The notes: generated by a model not told the origin, from the sequence alone. Shown: positions 18,398-28,176, numbered from the stretch's first letter. The stretch: DNA of 64,000 nt from an uncultured Candidatus Saccharimonadales bacterium (GCA_964632435.1 CAZWEJ010000001.1:1052-65051), one strand, 5' to 3'. Made by a program: numbers and translations.

Positions 18398-21026
18398 CTC
18401 CTCCAGGACCCCCGGGCCCGGAGACGGTCACCGTTTTTTCGTCACTTCCGCTATATAGTGCTGAGTCGGTTACAACTGCTCGTATTGTATAGCTACCAGC
18501 ATTTGGAATTGTATAGTCGAAGGTATAGGTGGTACTTCCGTTAATACCCTGTGTAGAAATTATCTGATCATTTAGGTAAACCGTTAGATTATTGGCTAGA
18601 TGTGTACCGGAGGTGACTTTGGCGGTGATTGCTAGTGGGTTGTTCCCCTTTGTAGATAACTCTACAGTTGGTTTTACGTCGCTACATCGGTGCACATCAT
18701 CAGTTTCAGTTGGGACCGAACCACCGGCTGCAAATCCAAGCGAGCGGGCTAGTGCCTGAATTGGAGGGTCCCATCTCTTAAATTGCGGGTCAGAAGGTGG
18801 CACCTCCGCACGCATCTCTGATGAGGTTACAGATTGGACTGCGGCCTGTGGGGTACATTCGGTTGCAAGTTTGCCCGAGACCTTATCAACGTTTGCGGTT
18901 TTGCTACCTGTAACATTTTCTGGCTTATACCAACTTGGGAAAATATCAGTTCGGCGTTGCTTAGTTGATTCGGTTGGGAGTTTGCCGGTTTGAGCATCTA
19001 AGGTTACTTCTTTAATTCCGGATGGTTTAACGAATTTCGCGTCTTTGTCATATCCTTGCAAAGCACTCCTCATGTAGGCGTTCCAAATTGGTGCAGAAAC
19101 GGTTGAGGCGGAGGCAGTCATAGGCTTGTTATCGTTGTTGCCGGCCCACACTCCAGTTACAAGATCCGGGGTGAATCCCATAGTCCAAGCGTCGTTGTAG
19201 TTCTCAGTGGTACCCGTTTTTGCCGCGACTGTTCGACCCGGAATAACAAGAGGGTTGTTTGCTCCAAAAATGTAAGACCTTGCACTGTTGTCGCTCAATA
19301 TATTGGAAATAATGTATGAGATTTGTGGGTCGAGGACTCTCTTGCCCTTAGGCTTTGTATTATCCATAACAACTCGATCTCGAGCATCGTAAACCTTAAG
19401 AATTGGTGTGGCTTCGTAATGATCGCCACCATTTGCAAAGCTCTCATAGGCGTTGACCATATCGTTGAGCTTAACTTCACCAGAACCGAGAACCAGACTC
19501 AATCCGTAATTGGAGGCACCTCTATTAAGTGTAGATATTCCCATATCTTTCGCAGTCTTTAGTGAGTTATCGACACCAGCTATGTGTAGCATTTTGACAG
19601 CTGGAATGTTCAATGAGCCTGCAAGAGCACTTCTAACCGATTGAACCCCGTAAAATCTACCCGTGTAGTTTTTTGGCTGGTAATTACCGAAGTCGGTTTG
19701 AACATCATAAATTGTACTTCCTGCGCCCCAATTTTTCTTTAATGCAGTGGCATAAACGATTGGCTTAAAGCTCGAACCAGGTTGACGGTTTGCTAGAGCA
19801 ACGTTGAACGCGCCCTGCTTAGGATCGTTATAGTCGTTTGAGCCCACCATTGCGAGAACTTGCCCAGTTTTAGGATCTGCCGAAACTAAGGCTACGTTGG
19901 AGCCACCCAAAGCTTTAACCTTGCTGTAGCCATTTTTAATAGCTTCTTCGGCCTTTTTCTGCTTGTCGATGTCGATAGTGGTTACAACCCTTAGGCCGCC
20001 ATTTTCAACCTTTGAGGTACCGAACTGTTCCTGCGATTCAAGGAACTCCTTTGCGTAGAGGGCAAAATGCGGATAGTCGCTCTTTGCGGTTTCGATTCGA
20101 GGGGTTTCACTTAATCCAGCTTCGGCAACCAGTCCCGCAGTAGTTGCGGCCTGTATCTTGGCAGCATCGGCTTCTTGCTGTGAAATCATCTTCTGGTCAA
20201 CCATGTTGTCTAGCACCACATGCTGACGTTCTACTAGAGCCTCAACGTTTTGACCATAAGGCGAGTAGTAGGTCGGAAGTTGCGGCATCGAAGCCATAAG
20301 AGTAGCTTGCTTTAGAGAAAGAGTCGAAGCACATTTTGTGCCCTCCGGCTTGCCCTCAAGATTCCCCTTGAAGAAGGTTTGACAGGCGCTCTCGACTCCA
20401 TAAGCCATAGAGCCATAAGGTATTTCATTTAGATAAAGCTTGAGGATGTCATCTTTCTTATAGAGCTGCTCAATTTCGATAGCTAGAATGAGCTCCTTTA
20501 TTTTTCGGGTGACAGAATACTCATTTGTTAACAAAGCGTTCTTTACGTATTGCTGAGTAATTGTAGAGCCACCACCTTTGGAGCGGTCGTTTGTGAGCAC
20601 ACCCGTAAAGGCGCGACCAATACCCATAACCGAGAAAGCGCCATGCTTATAGAAGTCTTTATCCTCAATAGCGACTGTAGCCATCTTGATGTTGTCGGAC
20701 ATTTCGTTGAATTCAATTACCTTACGGTTTTTATCACCGTGAACTTCGTAGATTTTTACTTTATTTTCACGATCATAAAACTCAGTATTTTGAGATCCGA
20801 TGCGAGAGTTGATCTTACCTGGGCTTGGAAGATCTTTGGCGAACCATAGGAACACCAAAAATAGACCAGCTAACCCGGCTGCGGAAATTTTTCCGAAGCG
20901 ACGAGCACCGGCTGGGTTAAACCAATATCTCTTAAATCGATTAGGAGACGTAAAAGACCCGAAGAACTGTCCCGCCCTGGCTTTTATATCTCTATTTCCC
21001 CCGCGAATGACGCGACGTTTAACCAT
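18378..21026 (-). CDS. Class A penicillin-binding protein (transglycosylase/transpeptidase) with C-terminal Ig-like repeats
   Basis: N-terminal TM; GT51 motifs (EDKDFYKHGAFS, RSKGGGSTITQQ); transpeptidase motifs SSFKP, SLN and KTGT; C-terminal beta-sandwich repeat ending VSGPGG. Confidence 0.9.
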   Translation of the reverse strand: MVKRRVIRGGNRDIKARAGQFFGSFTSPNRFKRYWFNPAGARRFGKISAAGLAGLFLVFLWFAKDLPSPGKINSRIGSQNTEFYDRENKVKIYEVHGDKNRKVIEFNEMSDNIKMATVAIEDKDFYKHGAFSVMGIGRAFTGVLTNDRSKGGGSTITQQYVKNALLTNEYSVTRKIKELILAIEIEQLYKKDDILKLYLNEIPYGSMAYGVESACQTFFKGNLEGKPEGTKCASTLSLKQATLMASMPQLPTYYSPYGQNVEALVERQHVVLDNMVDQKMISQQEADAAKIQAATTAGLVAEAGLSETPRIETAKSDYPHFALYAKEFLESQEQFGTSKVENGGLRVVTTIDIDKQKKAEEAIKNGYSKVKALGGSNVALVSADPKTGQVLAMVGSNDYNDPKQGAFNVALANRQPGSSFKPIVYATALKKNWGAGSTIYDVQTDFGNYQPKNYTGRFYGVQSVRSALAGSLNIPAVKMLHIAGVDNSLKTAKDMGISTLNRGASNYGLSLVLGSGEVKLNDMVNAYESFANGGDHYEATPILKVYDARDRVVMDNTKPKGKRVLDPQISYIISNILSDNSARSYIFGANNPLVIPGRTVAAKTGTTENYNDAWTMGFTPDLVTGVWAGNNDNKPMTASASTVSAPIWNAYMRSALQGYDKDAKFVKPSGIKEVTLDAQTGKLPTESTKQRRTDIFPSWYKPENVTGSKTANVDKVSGKLATECTPQAAVQSVTSSEMRAEVPPSDPQFKRWDPPIQALARSLGFAAGGSVPTETDDVHRCSDVKPTVELSTKGNNPLAITAKVTSGTHLANNLTVYLNDQIISTQGINGSTTYTFDYTIPNAGSYTIRAVVTDSALYSGSDEKTVTVSGPGGPGGGDFPAD

Positions 21027-21119
21027 AGAATTTAATACAAATCCTTTCTAAGATATTATAATGCTTTGGCTAATTTGTTCCAAATCATTGAACTTATGTT
21101 TGATATTTATAGATGATGC

Positions 21120-21583
21120 TTTAGAATTGCCCTAAGTTTTGCACCTTCAACAAGGGAGAGTTAAGTTGGCAACCATCCCGGTCACGCATTATCGTCTCTC
21201 GGTAGTCGGTCTTAGGCTTTGCGGCCATTGGACTAGACATGGATTTACACTTCGTGTGTATTCCGTGGCTAGGGGTCGCGAATGCTCCCGAGGCAGCTGT
21301 GTCATTCTGATGACAAGGATAGACGCAGACTCGAGAGCGGAAGTACCAGTCTGCTACGCTGAGTACAACAGCAAGCAGGTCGCAAAGTCTGAGCATTGTC
21401 GTATTAAGTGGCTTCCTGTTGAATCTTGGCAGAAGGCTCTCTACGAATCAGAAGGTCGTATCAACTTCGAGAAGACAGAGGAACCCTGGTTCCTCCTAGA
21501 TCGGCCACCCATTGCTCCGGCGATGATTCACTAAACTTCGAGCTCCTCGGCGCACGCTGAGGAGCTCAATCATTTCTTATGTT
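21120..21583 (+). promoter_or_regulatory. Long structured 5' leader of tyrS; possible riboregulator (T-box-like role suspected, canonical motif not found)
   Basis: About 460 nt between divergent genes with no protein-like ORF. A perfect 9-bp hairpin (gagctcctc-N10-gaggagctc) at 21540-21567 is followed by a U-rich tract just before the tyrS start codon. A second hairpin (gaggaac-cctg-gttcctc) lies at 21477-21498. Confidence 0.35.
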
Positions 21584-22759
21584 ATGATGAAAGCCATGAA
21601 AGAGCTTATTCTCGACCGAGCAAAAGACATTATTGTAAAGGAAGAGCTCGCCGAAAAACTTACTAGCGAGAAACTCCGTATTAAGTTTGGTATTGATCCA
21701 ACCGGCCCCGAGCTTCACCTAGGACGCGCATCAACTATTCATCGGCTCAAGAATCTTCAAGACATGGGTCATCAAATTGTGCTGATTGTTGGCGACTTCA
21801 CCGCCAAGATTGGTGATGCGTCCGATAAAACCAGTGAGAGACAGCCGTTATCTGATGAGCAGATAAAAAAGAATATGGCCGACTACAAAAAGCAGATCGG
21901 CAAGATTCTCGATATCGATAAGGTCGAATTTCACTACAACTCGGAGTGGTTGAGTAAGCTAGACCTGAGCAAGCTGATCGAGTTGGCTCAACAATTTACA
22001 GTCGCCCAGATGATAGAGCGGGAGAACTATGCCCTCCGCTTTAAAGAAGGTAAGCCAATTGGGCTACACGAGTTTTTGTACCCGATACTACAGGGTTATG
22101 ACTCTGTTGCAGTCAAGGCGGATGTTGAAATAGGTGGTACCGATCAGCTATTCAATCTAATGGCTGGACGAGTCATGCAGAAATACTTCGGTCAGGCCCC
22201 TCAACATGTGATTACATTTGATTTGCTTACTGGCCCCGATGGTAGAAAGATGTCAACCAGTTGGGGTAATGCGATATATATAACCGACACCGCTAATGAT
22301 ATGTTTGGCCAGCTGATGCGGATTCATGACGACCTGATTTCGGCATATTACAAGATTTGTACCGATGTTCCTTTGGAAGCGATTGAAGCTGTTGAGAAGA
22401 GCCTTGCGGAAGGCGACAACCCCAGAGACACAAAGGCTTCTTTGGCAAGAGAGATCGTATCTATCTATCATGGCGAAAAAGCGGCTGTTGAAGCTGAGGA
22501 AGCATTTAATCGTCAGTTCAGGGAAGGAAAGCTGCCTTCAGACATCGAGGAGGTTGAGCTTACCAAAAAGGAGTGGGACCCAATTGATCTTCTAGTTGGC
22601 GTCAAGTTAGCAGAAAGTCGCTCAGAGGCCAGAAGACTAATTGAGCAAGGAGGAGTTCGTCTCGGAGGAGAAAAGGTTGAGTTTGGGGAAATTAAGGTTC
22701 GAAGCGGAGCTATCCTGCAGGTCGGCAAGCGCCGCTTCCTGAAACTCAAGGTTAAGTAA
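21584..22759 (+). CDS. tyrS: Tyrosyl-tRNA synthetase
   Basis: HIGH-type motif (PELHLG), KMSKS motif (KMSTS) and a C-terminal S4 domain. Confidence 0.95.
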   Translation: MMKAMKELILDRAKDIIVKEELAEKLTSEKLRIKFGIDPTGPELHLGRASTIHRLKNLQDMGHQIVLIVGDFTAKIGDASDKTSERQPLSDEQIKKNMADYKKQIGKILDIDKVEFHYNSEWLSKLDLSKLIELAQQFTVAQMIERENYALRFKEGKPIGLHEFLYPILQGYDSVAVKADVEIGGTDQLFNLMAGRVMQKYFGQAPQHVITFDLLTGPDGRKMSTSWGNAIYITDTANDMFGQLMRIHDDLISAYYKICTDVPLEAIEAVEKSLAEGDNPRDTKASLAREIVSIYHGEKAAVEAEEAFNRQFREGKLPSDIEEVELTKKEWDPIDLLVGVKLAESRSEARRLIEQGGVRLGGEKVEFGEIKVRSGAILQVGKRRFLKLKVK

Positions 22760-24793
22760 ATGAATTTAGACGTAAGAGTCGAGACGCTGAAAGGCGTTGG
22801 TAAGGCGGCGTCTGTAAAGCTTGAGAAGCTCGGGATTAGGACTGTCGGCGATTTATTACATCATTTTCCACGCCGCTATGACGATTTCTCAAATATCATT
22901 CCGATACGGATGATGAAACCGGGGATGGTAACGTTTCGTGGGGAGATTGTGAATATAGCCTCGCGGAGGGCCCGTACCCGTCGGCTCTCAATAACGGAAG
23001 CTGTAATCTCTGATGGAACGGGTACAGTTAAGGCGGTTTGGTTCAATCAGCCATTTCTTGTAAAACAACATCCCGTTGGATCAAGCGTAATGATTTCGGG
23101 CAAGCTTGAGTTTAAAAACAATGACCTTGCACTTCAGGCACCGGCAATCGAATCCGATTCCGGTGTTTCGAAGCATACTGGGCGAATTGTTCCTATATAC
23201 CCCGAGACAGAAGGTTTGACCTCAAAACAGCTTAGAAATTTCATAATGCCCCTGCTGGGGCTTATTAAGCTTGAAGAAAATCTACCGGAAGAAGTTAAAA
23301 CAAAATACAAGCTTATGGATCGCACCAAGGCGGTTATAGAGCTCCACGCACCTAGCAGCGAGGCAGCTTTAAAGAGAGCGCGGCATCGAATGGCTTTTGA
23401 AGAGTTGTTCTTTATTATCTCGGCGAGCCTAGTCATTAAAAAAGAGATCAAGAGTGAAGAGGCTCCAAAGATTGATTTCAAAGTTGATGTGGCTCAAGAC
23501 TTTGTAAAATCTCTGCACTTTGATTTAACAAATGCCCAACGCCAGGCGGCATGGCAGATCTTGCAGGACATGAGCTCAGAAAGGCCGATGAATAGATTAC
23601 TTGAAGGTGATGTTGGAAGCGGAAAGACGGTTGTGGCTCTTTTGGCAGCGGTCATGGCAGTTCGAAGTGGTTATCAAGCAGCGATAATGGTTCCGACGGA
23701 TATACTGGCACGTCAGCATTCTAAGAGTATTCAAAATATTCTCGGGAATATTGGTATTCAATCTGCTTTATTGCTAGGTCGCCAGCCCGCAGCCGAAAAA
23801 AATGAAGCGCTAAAAAAGATTAGGGACGGTTCAGCCCAGGTTGTTCTCGGTACTCATGCATTGTTAACGGAAGCTGTTGAATTCAATAATTTGGGGCTGG
23901 TGGTTATCGATGAGCAGCACCGTTTTGGAGTTGAGCAGCGCCAAAAGCTCAAGCAGAAAGCCAGCCGCCTGCCTCATCTATTAAGTATGACTGCGACTCC
24001 AATACCGCGATCACTAGCCTTAACCGTCTATGGCGACTTGGATCTATCTATCATTGATGAGTTACCGCCGAATCGTCAGCCAATTGCCACAAAGGTCGTT
24101 AAGCCAACAGATAGGGATGTGGCCTACGGCTTTATCGACAAGCAGATAACGGATGGACGGCAGGTATTTGTAGTCTGCCCACTGATTGAAGACTCAGATA
24201 CCTTGGGTGCGAAGAGCGTAACTGCTGAGGTGGAGCGGTTGCGTAAAGGACCGTTTCGTCATCGCAAAATCAGCGTAGTTCATGGGAAGCTCAAGCCGGC
24301 AGAGCGCGATGATACGATGCAACAGTTTGTCCGGGGCGAGATTGATATTTTAGTTGCCACATCGGTGATTGAGGTGGGCATCGATATACCTAACGCCAGC
24401 GTAATTCTGATTGAAGGTGCTGAGCGTTTTGGACTTGCAGCTCTCCACCAGCTTAGAGGAAGGGTTGGCCGAGGTGAGCATCATTCGTATTGCATGATCA
24501 CCAGCGATTCAAATGCACCGGGAGTAATGGAGCGATTACAGGCTTTAGAGAGGACCCAAGACGGGTTTAGACTGGCACAGATTGATCTAGAGCTGCGAGG
24601 GCCGGGGCAAATCTACGGTAAAAGGCAGCATGGTTTGCTGGAGCTCGAGATGGCAGATCTTGGCGATTCTAGGCTTGTTTCGCAGGTTCGTGAGGCTGCT
24701 TCTACCTTTGTGAGTGATGGACAGAACATGCTACAATATCCTCAAGTTGTCGAGCGCATCAACAGATTAAAAACGGTCACTTCGCTCGACTAG
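22760..24793 (+). CDS. recG: ATP-dependent DNA helicase RecG
   Basis: Wedge/OB domain, helicase motif I GDVGSGKT, DEQH box and TRG motif region. Confidence 0.95.
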   Translation: MNLDVRVETLKGVGKAASVKLEKLGIRTVGDLLHHFPRRYDDFSNIIPIRMMKPGMVTFRGEIVNIASRRARTRRLSITEAVISDGTGTVKAVWFNQPFLVKQHPVGSSVMISGKLEFKNNDLALQAPAIESDSGVSKHTGRIVPIYPETEGLTSKQLRNFIMPLLGLIKLEENLPEEVKTKYKLMDRTKAVIELHAPSSEAALKRARHRMAFEELFFIISASLVIKKEIKSEEAPKIDFKVDVAQDFVKSLHFDLTNAQRQAAWQILQDMSSERPMNRLLEGDVGSGKTVVALLAAVMAVRSGYQAAIMVPTDILARQHSKSIQNILGNIGIQSALLLGRQPAAEKNEALKKIRDGSAQVVLGTHALLTEAVEFNNLGLVVIDEQHRFGVEQRQKLKQKASRLPHLLSMTATPIPRSLALTVYGDLDLSIIDELPPNRQPIATKVVKPTDRDVAYGFIDKQITDGRQVFVVCPLIEDSDTLGAKSVTAEVERLRKGPFRHRKISVVHGKLKPAERDDTMQQFVRGEIDILVATSVIEVGIDIPNASVILIEGAERFGLAALHQLRGRVGRGEHHSYCMITSDSNAPGVMERLQALERTQDGFRLAQIDLELRGPGQIYGKRQHGLLELEMADLGDSRLVSQVREAASTFVSDGQNMLQYPQVVERINRLKTVTSLD

Positions 24794-24803
24794 GTGGAGC
24801 AAA

Positions 24804-25631
24804 ATGTATTCAGGTTTTATTACATCTAAACGATCGGTTTCGGCCGTTGGTGTACATCAGCGTTTCAATAAAGTTTCCTATAAGATGATTGAGTCATTCT
24901 TGGCAAATGGAAGCTTTCCTAGCATTACTCAAATAAACCATTTTGAGGGAATTAATGGCCCAGATGGGCTCAAGACGAAGTCTCCTGGTGAAAACGAGCC
25001 AAGCCATCTTTATGACCCATACGACGATGATGGTCCTATCCCGGATCTTATAAATACACACTACAATCTATTGGTGAAAAAACTCAAAGATCGGGACATG
25101 ATTGGTTCTGCTTTTGAGGCAGCCTGGCTGTCGCACTTTGTGGTGGATGGATTAACGCCGGCTCATCACTTCCCACTCGATAAGCATCTTCAAGAACATG
25201 GGTTTAAGAAGAACGAGAGAGGTCGTTATGTCGTTGAGCGAAAGGGGCTGACGCATATTGATATTGTTCGCAAAGCTTGGAAGGTTGTAGGCGGGAAGGG
25301 TCTTCTTACAACTCACTTCAACTTTGAGATGGGTGTTGCGACAGTGATCTTGGGGCAGAAGATCCGCGTTAAGCTCGATTGCTCAAAGATGGCTGATGCA
25401 AGGCAGGACGGCCCAATTGGATTTTTCAAAAAAGAAGCACTTGAGATTGCCGAAATGAATCTTTACGAAAAGTTTTATCGCTACGGGTGGACTCCAGAAA
25501 TTGCACGAAAGACCAAGGGAAAGCTTGCTCCGAAGATTGTTCAAGACGTTGGGATAATTTGGTTGCTTGCATATTTGGAGAGCGGGGAAGAGCTGGTCAA
25601 AGATGTTGTGGCAAAGGAAGTAGTAGCCTAA
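24804..25631 (+). CDS. Hypothetical protein (His-rich motif LSHFVVDGLTPAHHFP; possible metal-dependent hydrolase)
   Basis: Protein-like composition; stop overlaps the rsmD start (TAATG); the start codon is uncertain. Confidence 0.4.
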   Translation: MYSGFITSKRSVSAVGVHQRFNKVSYKMIESFLANGSFPSITQINHFEGINGPDGLKTKSPGENEPSHLYDPYDDDGPIPDLINTHYNLLVKKLKDRDMIGSAFEAAWLSHFVVDGLTPAHHFPLDKHLQEHGFKKNERGRYVVERKGLTHIDIVRKAWKVVGGKGLLTTHFNFEMGVATVILGQKIRVKLDCSKMADARQDGPIGFFKKEALEIAEMNLYEKFYRYGWTPEIARKTKGKLAPKIVQDVGIIWLLAYLESGEELVKDVVAKEVVA

Positions 25632-26164
25632 TGAGAATAATTTCTGGAAATTTTCGTGGTAGAAAAATATTCGCTCCTGGCGTAAGATCGACCCGCCCGA
25701 TGACAGAAAAAGTCAGAGGAGCGCTTTTTGATATTCTTGGGCCAATAAATGACTTTAATGTACTTGATGCATATGCCGGCAGTGGCGCTCTTGGTTTTGA
25801 AGCAATAAGCAGAGGAGCAAAAAGGGTTATTGCCATCGAATCTGGTAAGAGGGCTAATATCAACATCAAAAAGACGATCGACGGTTTAGGAGTCGATTTT
25901 CAGTACCAGCTCGTGCCCAACACAGTTGAATCGTGGTTGGCGCGTAGCCCTAAAGAAACTTTTGATCTTATTTTCTTTATGCCCCCATACGCAATATTTG
26001 ATGGAGAGCTAGCTCAAGGGGCTGCTGATCTTTTAAATCCAGATGGATTGATGGTAATTGAATACTCTCGTCAGCAAAATCCTGCAAGTATGGATTCACT
26101 GGATCTTGTTGATACCAGAGACTACGGCGATCAAAAGTTGGCGTTTTACAGAAAGCAAACATAA
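25631..26164 (+). CDS. rsmD: 16S rRNA (guanine966-N2)-methyltransferase RsmD
   Basis: MRIISGNFRGRKIFAP...DAYAGSGALGFEAISRGA SAM-binding motif and the PPY catalytic motif. Confidence 0.85.
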   Translation: MRIISGNFRGRKIFAPGVRSTRPMTEKVRGALFDILGPINDFNVLDAYAGSGALGFEAISRGAKRVIAIESGKRANINIKKTIDGLGVDFQYQLVPNTVESWLARSPKETFDLIFFMPPYAIFDGELAQGAADLLNPDGLMVIEYSRQQNPASMDSLDLVDTRDYGDQKLAFYRKQT

Positions 26165-26189
26165 GTTACAATAACGTGGTTATCACTCG

Positions 26190-26275
26190 GGCGAGTGGTG
26201 AAATGGTAGACACGCTAGCCTTAGGAGCTAGTGGGGGAAACCCCGTGGAGGTTCAAGTCCTCTCTCGCCCACCAA
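26190..26275 (+). tRNA. tRNA-Leu (anticodon UAG), class II with a long variable arm and encoded CCA
   Basis: Acceptor stem gggcgag/ctcgccc, anticodon loop CUUAGGA, long variable arm tgggggaaaccccgtg, T-loop GTTCAAGTC. Confidence 0.85.
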
Positions 26276-26372
26276 GCAATTATTTTTGAGTTTTCCACTT
26301 CTAATTCGACATACGCTTTGTCATAATGCTTGAGTTCCGTAACCACGCTCAAGCCGTGAGGGGGAAGTTCTT

Positions 26373-26822
26373 TTGAGCGATATTCATGTTGTGAGAAGGA
26401 CAGTTTTCGTCATCAGCCGAGATGAGCCGCCACAAGGAAGTGATTTGGTTAAGGCTAGAGTCCAGCATTCCGAGGACCCAACTTGGGAATCGAAGGTCTG
26501 GAAGGTCGCTTCAGTCTCGGGTGATCTGGATAGAAGGCTAGAGCTGTCGGAAAGGCAGAAGGCAGAAATTCGCCCAGGCTTTGTAACGCATTCAGGACCA
26601 AAGGCAGGGCGCTACGAGGTTCTCGGCTTGGCGTACTGCCAGGGCGAACTCCCAAAAATCAACCCAAACAGGGTCGGCGTCTTCTATCGGGCTTTGTATA
26701 GGTCCACTAACTGCCATGGGCCCTTCTGGTTCCGGCCCCTTTGGGGTCGCGGAGGCTGGTTTGTCCCTCTGGATGGCAAGGTCCGCTTCGTCCGTGCCGA
26801 CAAGGAACATGCTGCCGCATAG
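26373..26822 (+). CDS. Hypothetical protein (no recognisable domain) next to the tRNA-Leu gene
   Basis: TTG start with RBS GAGGGGG; GC-elevated composition (about 55%); followed by a strong terminator. Confidence 0.45.
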   Translation: MSDIHVVRRTVFVISRDEPPQGSDLVKARVQHSEDPTWESKVWKVASVSGDLDRRLELSERQKAEIRPGFVTHSGPKAGRYEVLGLAYCQGELPKINPNRVGVFYRALYRSTNCHGPFWFRPLWGRGGWFVPLDGKVRFVRADKEHAAA

Positions 26823-26830
26823 CGGCTTTT

Positions 26831-26873
26831 ACGCCCATCCGGGTAAAACCGGGTGGGCGTATCTATTTTTTCG
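26831..26873 (+). terminator. Rho-independent terminator
   Basis: 12-bp stem acgcccatccgg/ccgggtgggcgt followed by a TTTTTT run. Confidence 0.75.
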
Positions 26874-26891
26874 TGCTACACTACTCCAGTT

Positions 26892-28175
26892 ATGAAAGCT
26901 GAAATCACTAAAAAAACTGACACAGAAGTAACTCTGCTTATCACTGCCAGCGAGGCTGAGATCAAGCACTCATATGAGCACGCTATTGCTCATTATCGTC
27001 CGCGAGTAAAGGTTGCTGGGTTTCGCCCAGGTAAAGCCCCCGACAACATTGTTGTGCGAGAAATAGGTGACACAACAATCCAGACAGAAACGATTGAACA
27101 CACCATCAGTCACGCTTACTCGGATGCGGTTACTCAAGAGCAACTTCAGGTAATTGGTCAGCCAAAAATTGATATCAAAAAATGGGTACCATACTCAACT
27201 CTCGAATTCGAGGCAGTCACAGAGATTGTCCCCCCAGTTAAACTCCCAGATTACAAAAAGATCAAAAAGACTAAAAAGGAAGTTAGGGTTACCGACGAGC
27301 AGATCAATCGGATGGTCGAAGATCTACGCCGCCGAGTCGCAAAGCGAGTTCCGGCACTCCGACCTGCCCAAATGGAGGACGAGGTAAAGTTCGACTTTGA
27401 TGGTCGCCAGGATGGCGAGTCAGTTGAGGGTGCTTCAAGCAAAAACTTCACACTTAAGCTTGGTTCGGGACAGTTTATCCCCGGTTTCGAAGAGCAAATG
27501 GTTGGTCTGAATGTTGGTGATGAAAAAACTTTCACAGTTACTTTCCCAAATGATTATCACGAAAAATCGCTTGCTGGTAAGCCAGTCGATTTTACAGTTA
27601 AAATTCACGAGGTCACTTCTCTTGAGCTTCCAGAGACAGACGACAAGTTTGCTTCAGAGGTTGGGCCATTTAAGACATACAAGGACCTCCGAGCTGACAT
27701 TAAGGATCAGTTGACCGTTGAAGCCGAAGAGAACACCAAACGCGAGCTCGAGACCGAGCTACTTGATGAGATCGTTTCGAAGATGAAGACAACCGTTCCC
27801 GAACGATTGGTAGCTCAGCAGATTGAGCGCTTAAAAGCAGATCTTTCGCAGCGCCTTGCTCAAAGTGGCCTAAACATGGATCAATATCTTGAGATTCAAA
27901 AGAAAAGCCAGGAAGATTTGGAAAAAGAGCTTCGACCCGAAGCCGAGAAGCGTGTGAAACTCGCGTTGGTACTTAGTGAGGTAGCTAAGGAGGAAAAGCT
28001 GACCGTCACCGCCGACGAGCTTGACTCTGAATTAGAGGCATTGAGGCAGCAATACACTGATCCAGCGATGCAAGAAGAGCTTTCAAGCCCACATATTCGA
28101 GAAGATCTGTATAACCATCTTCTTTCGACAAAAACCATCAATAAACTGATAGAATACGCTACTCTAAAGAAGTAA
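26892..28175 (+). CDS. tig: Trigger factor
   Basis: MKAEITKKTDTEVTLLITASEAEIK...VAGFRPGKAP ribosome-binding domain and FKBP-type PPIase region. Confidence 0.9.
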   Translation: MKAEITKKTDTEVTLLITASEAEIKHSYEHAIAHYRPRVKVAGFRPGKAPDNIVVREIGDTTIQTETIEHTISHAYSDAVTQEQLQVIGQPKIDIKKWVPYSTLEFEAVTEIVPPVKLPDYKKIKKTKKEVRVTDEQINRMVEDLRRRVAKRVPALRPAQMEDEVKFDFDGRQDGESVEGASSKNFTLKLGSGQFIPGFEEQMVGLNVGDEKTFTVTFPNDYHEKSLAGKPVDFTVKIHEVTSLELPETDDKFASEVGPFKTYKDLRADIKDQLTVEAEENTKRELETELLDEIVSKMKTTVPERLVAQQIERLKADLSQRLAQSGLNMDQYLEIQKKSQEDLEKELRPEAEKRVKLALVLSEVAKEEKLTVTADELDSELEALRQQYTDPAMQEELSSPHIREDLYNHLLSTKTINKLIEYATLKK

Positions 28176-28176
28176 A

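Noticed and set aside
21139-21534. 131-aa plus-strand ORF (and 91-aa minus-strand ORF 21121-21396) in the PBP-tyrS intergenic region
   Set aside because: The translations are Arg/Cys/Trp/His-rich with no RBS and no protein-like character. The region is better explained as a structured non-coding leader. I also tested tmRNA, RNase P and SRP RNA hallmarks (T-loop GGTTCGA, AGGAAAGTCCGG, GGAAGGAAGCAGCC) and found none.
21120-21583. Canonical T-box riboswitch call
   Set aside because: The conserved T-box sequence AGGGUGGNACCGCG is not present on the sense strand. Only a GGGTGGCC-like string occurs on the antisense strand, in the wrong order relative to the hairpin. Kept only as an unclassified leader.
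25487-25630. Upstream 48-codon extension of rsmD given by the ORF track
   Set aside because: It would overlap the preceding gene by 145 nt in another frame. The ATG at 25631 overlaps the upstream stop (TAATG) and begins the conserved RsmD N-terminus MRIISGNFRGRK.
26276-26372. att-like direct repeat of the tRNA-Leu 3' end that would define an integrated element
   Set aside because: Only a weak 8 of 11 partial match (cgcccatccgg) inside the terminator stem was found. No integrase or recombinase gene is present, so I do not call a mobile element.
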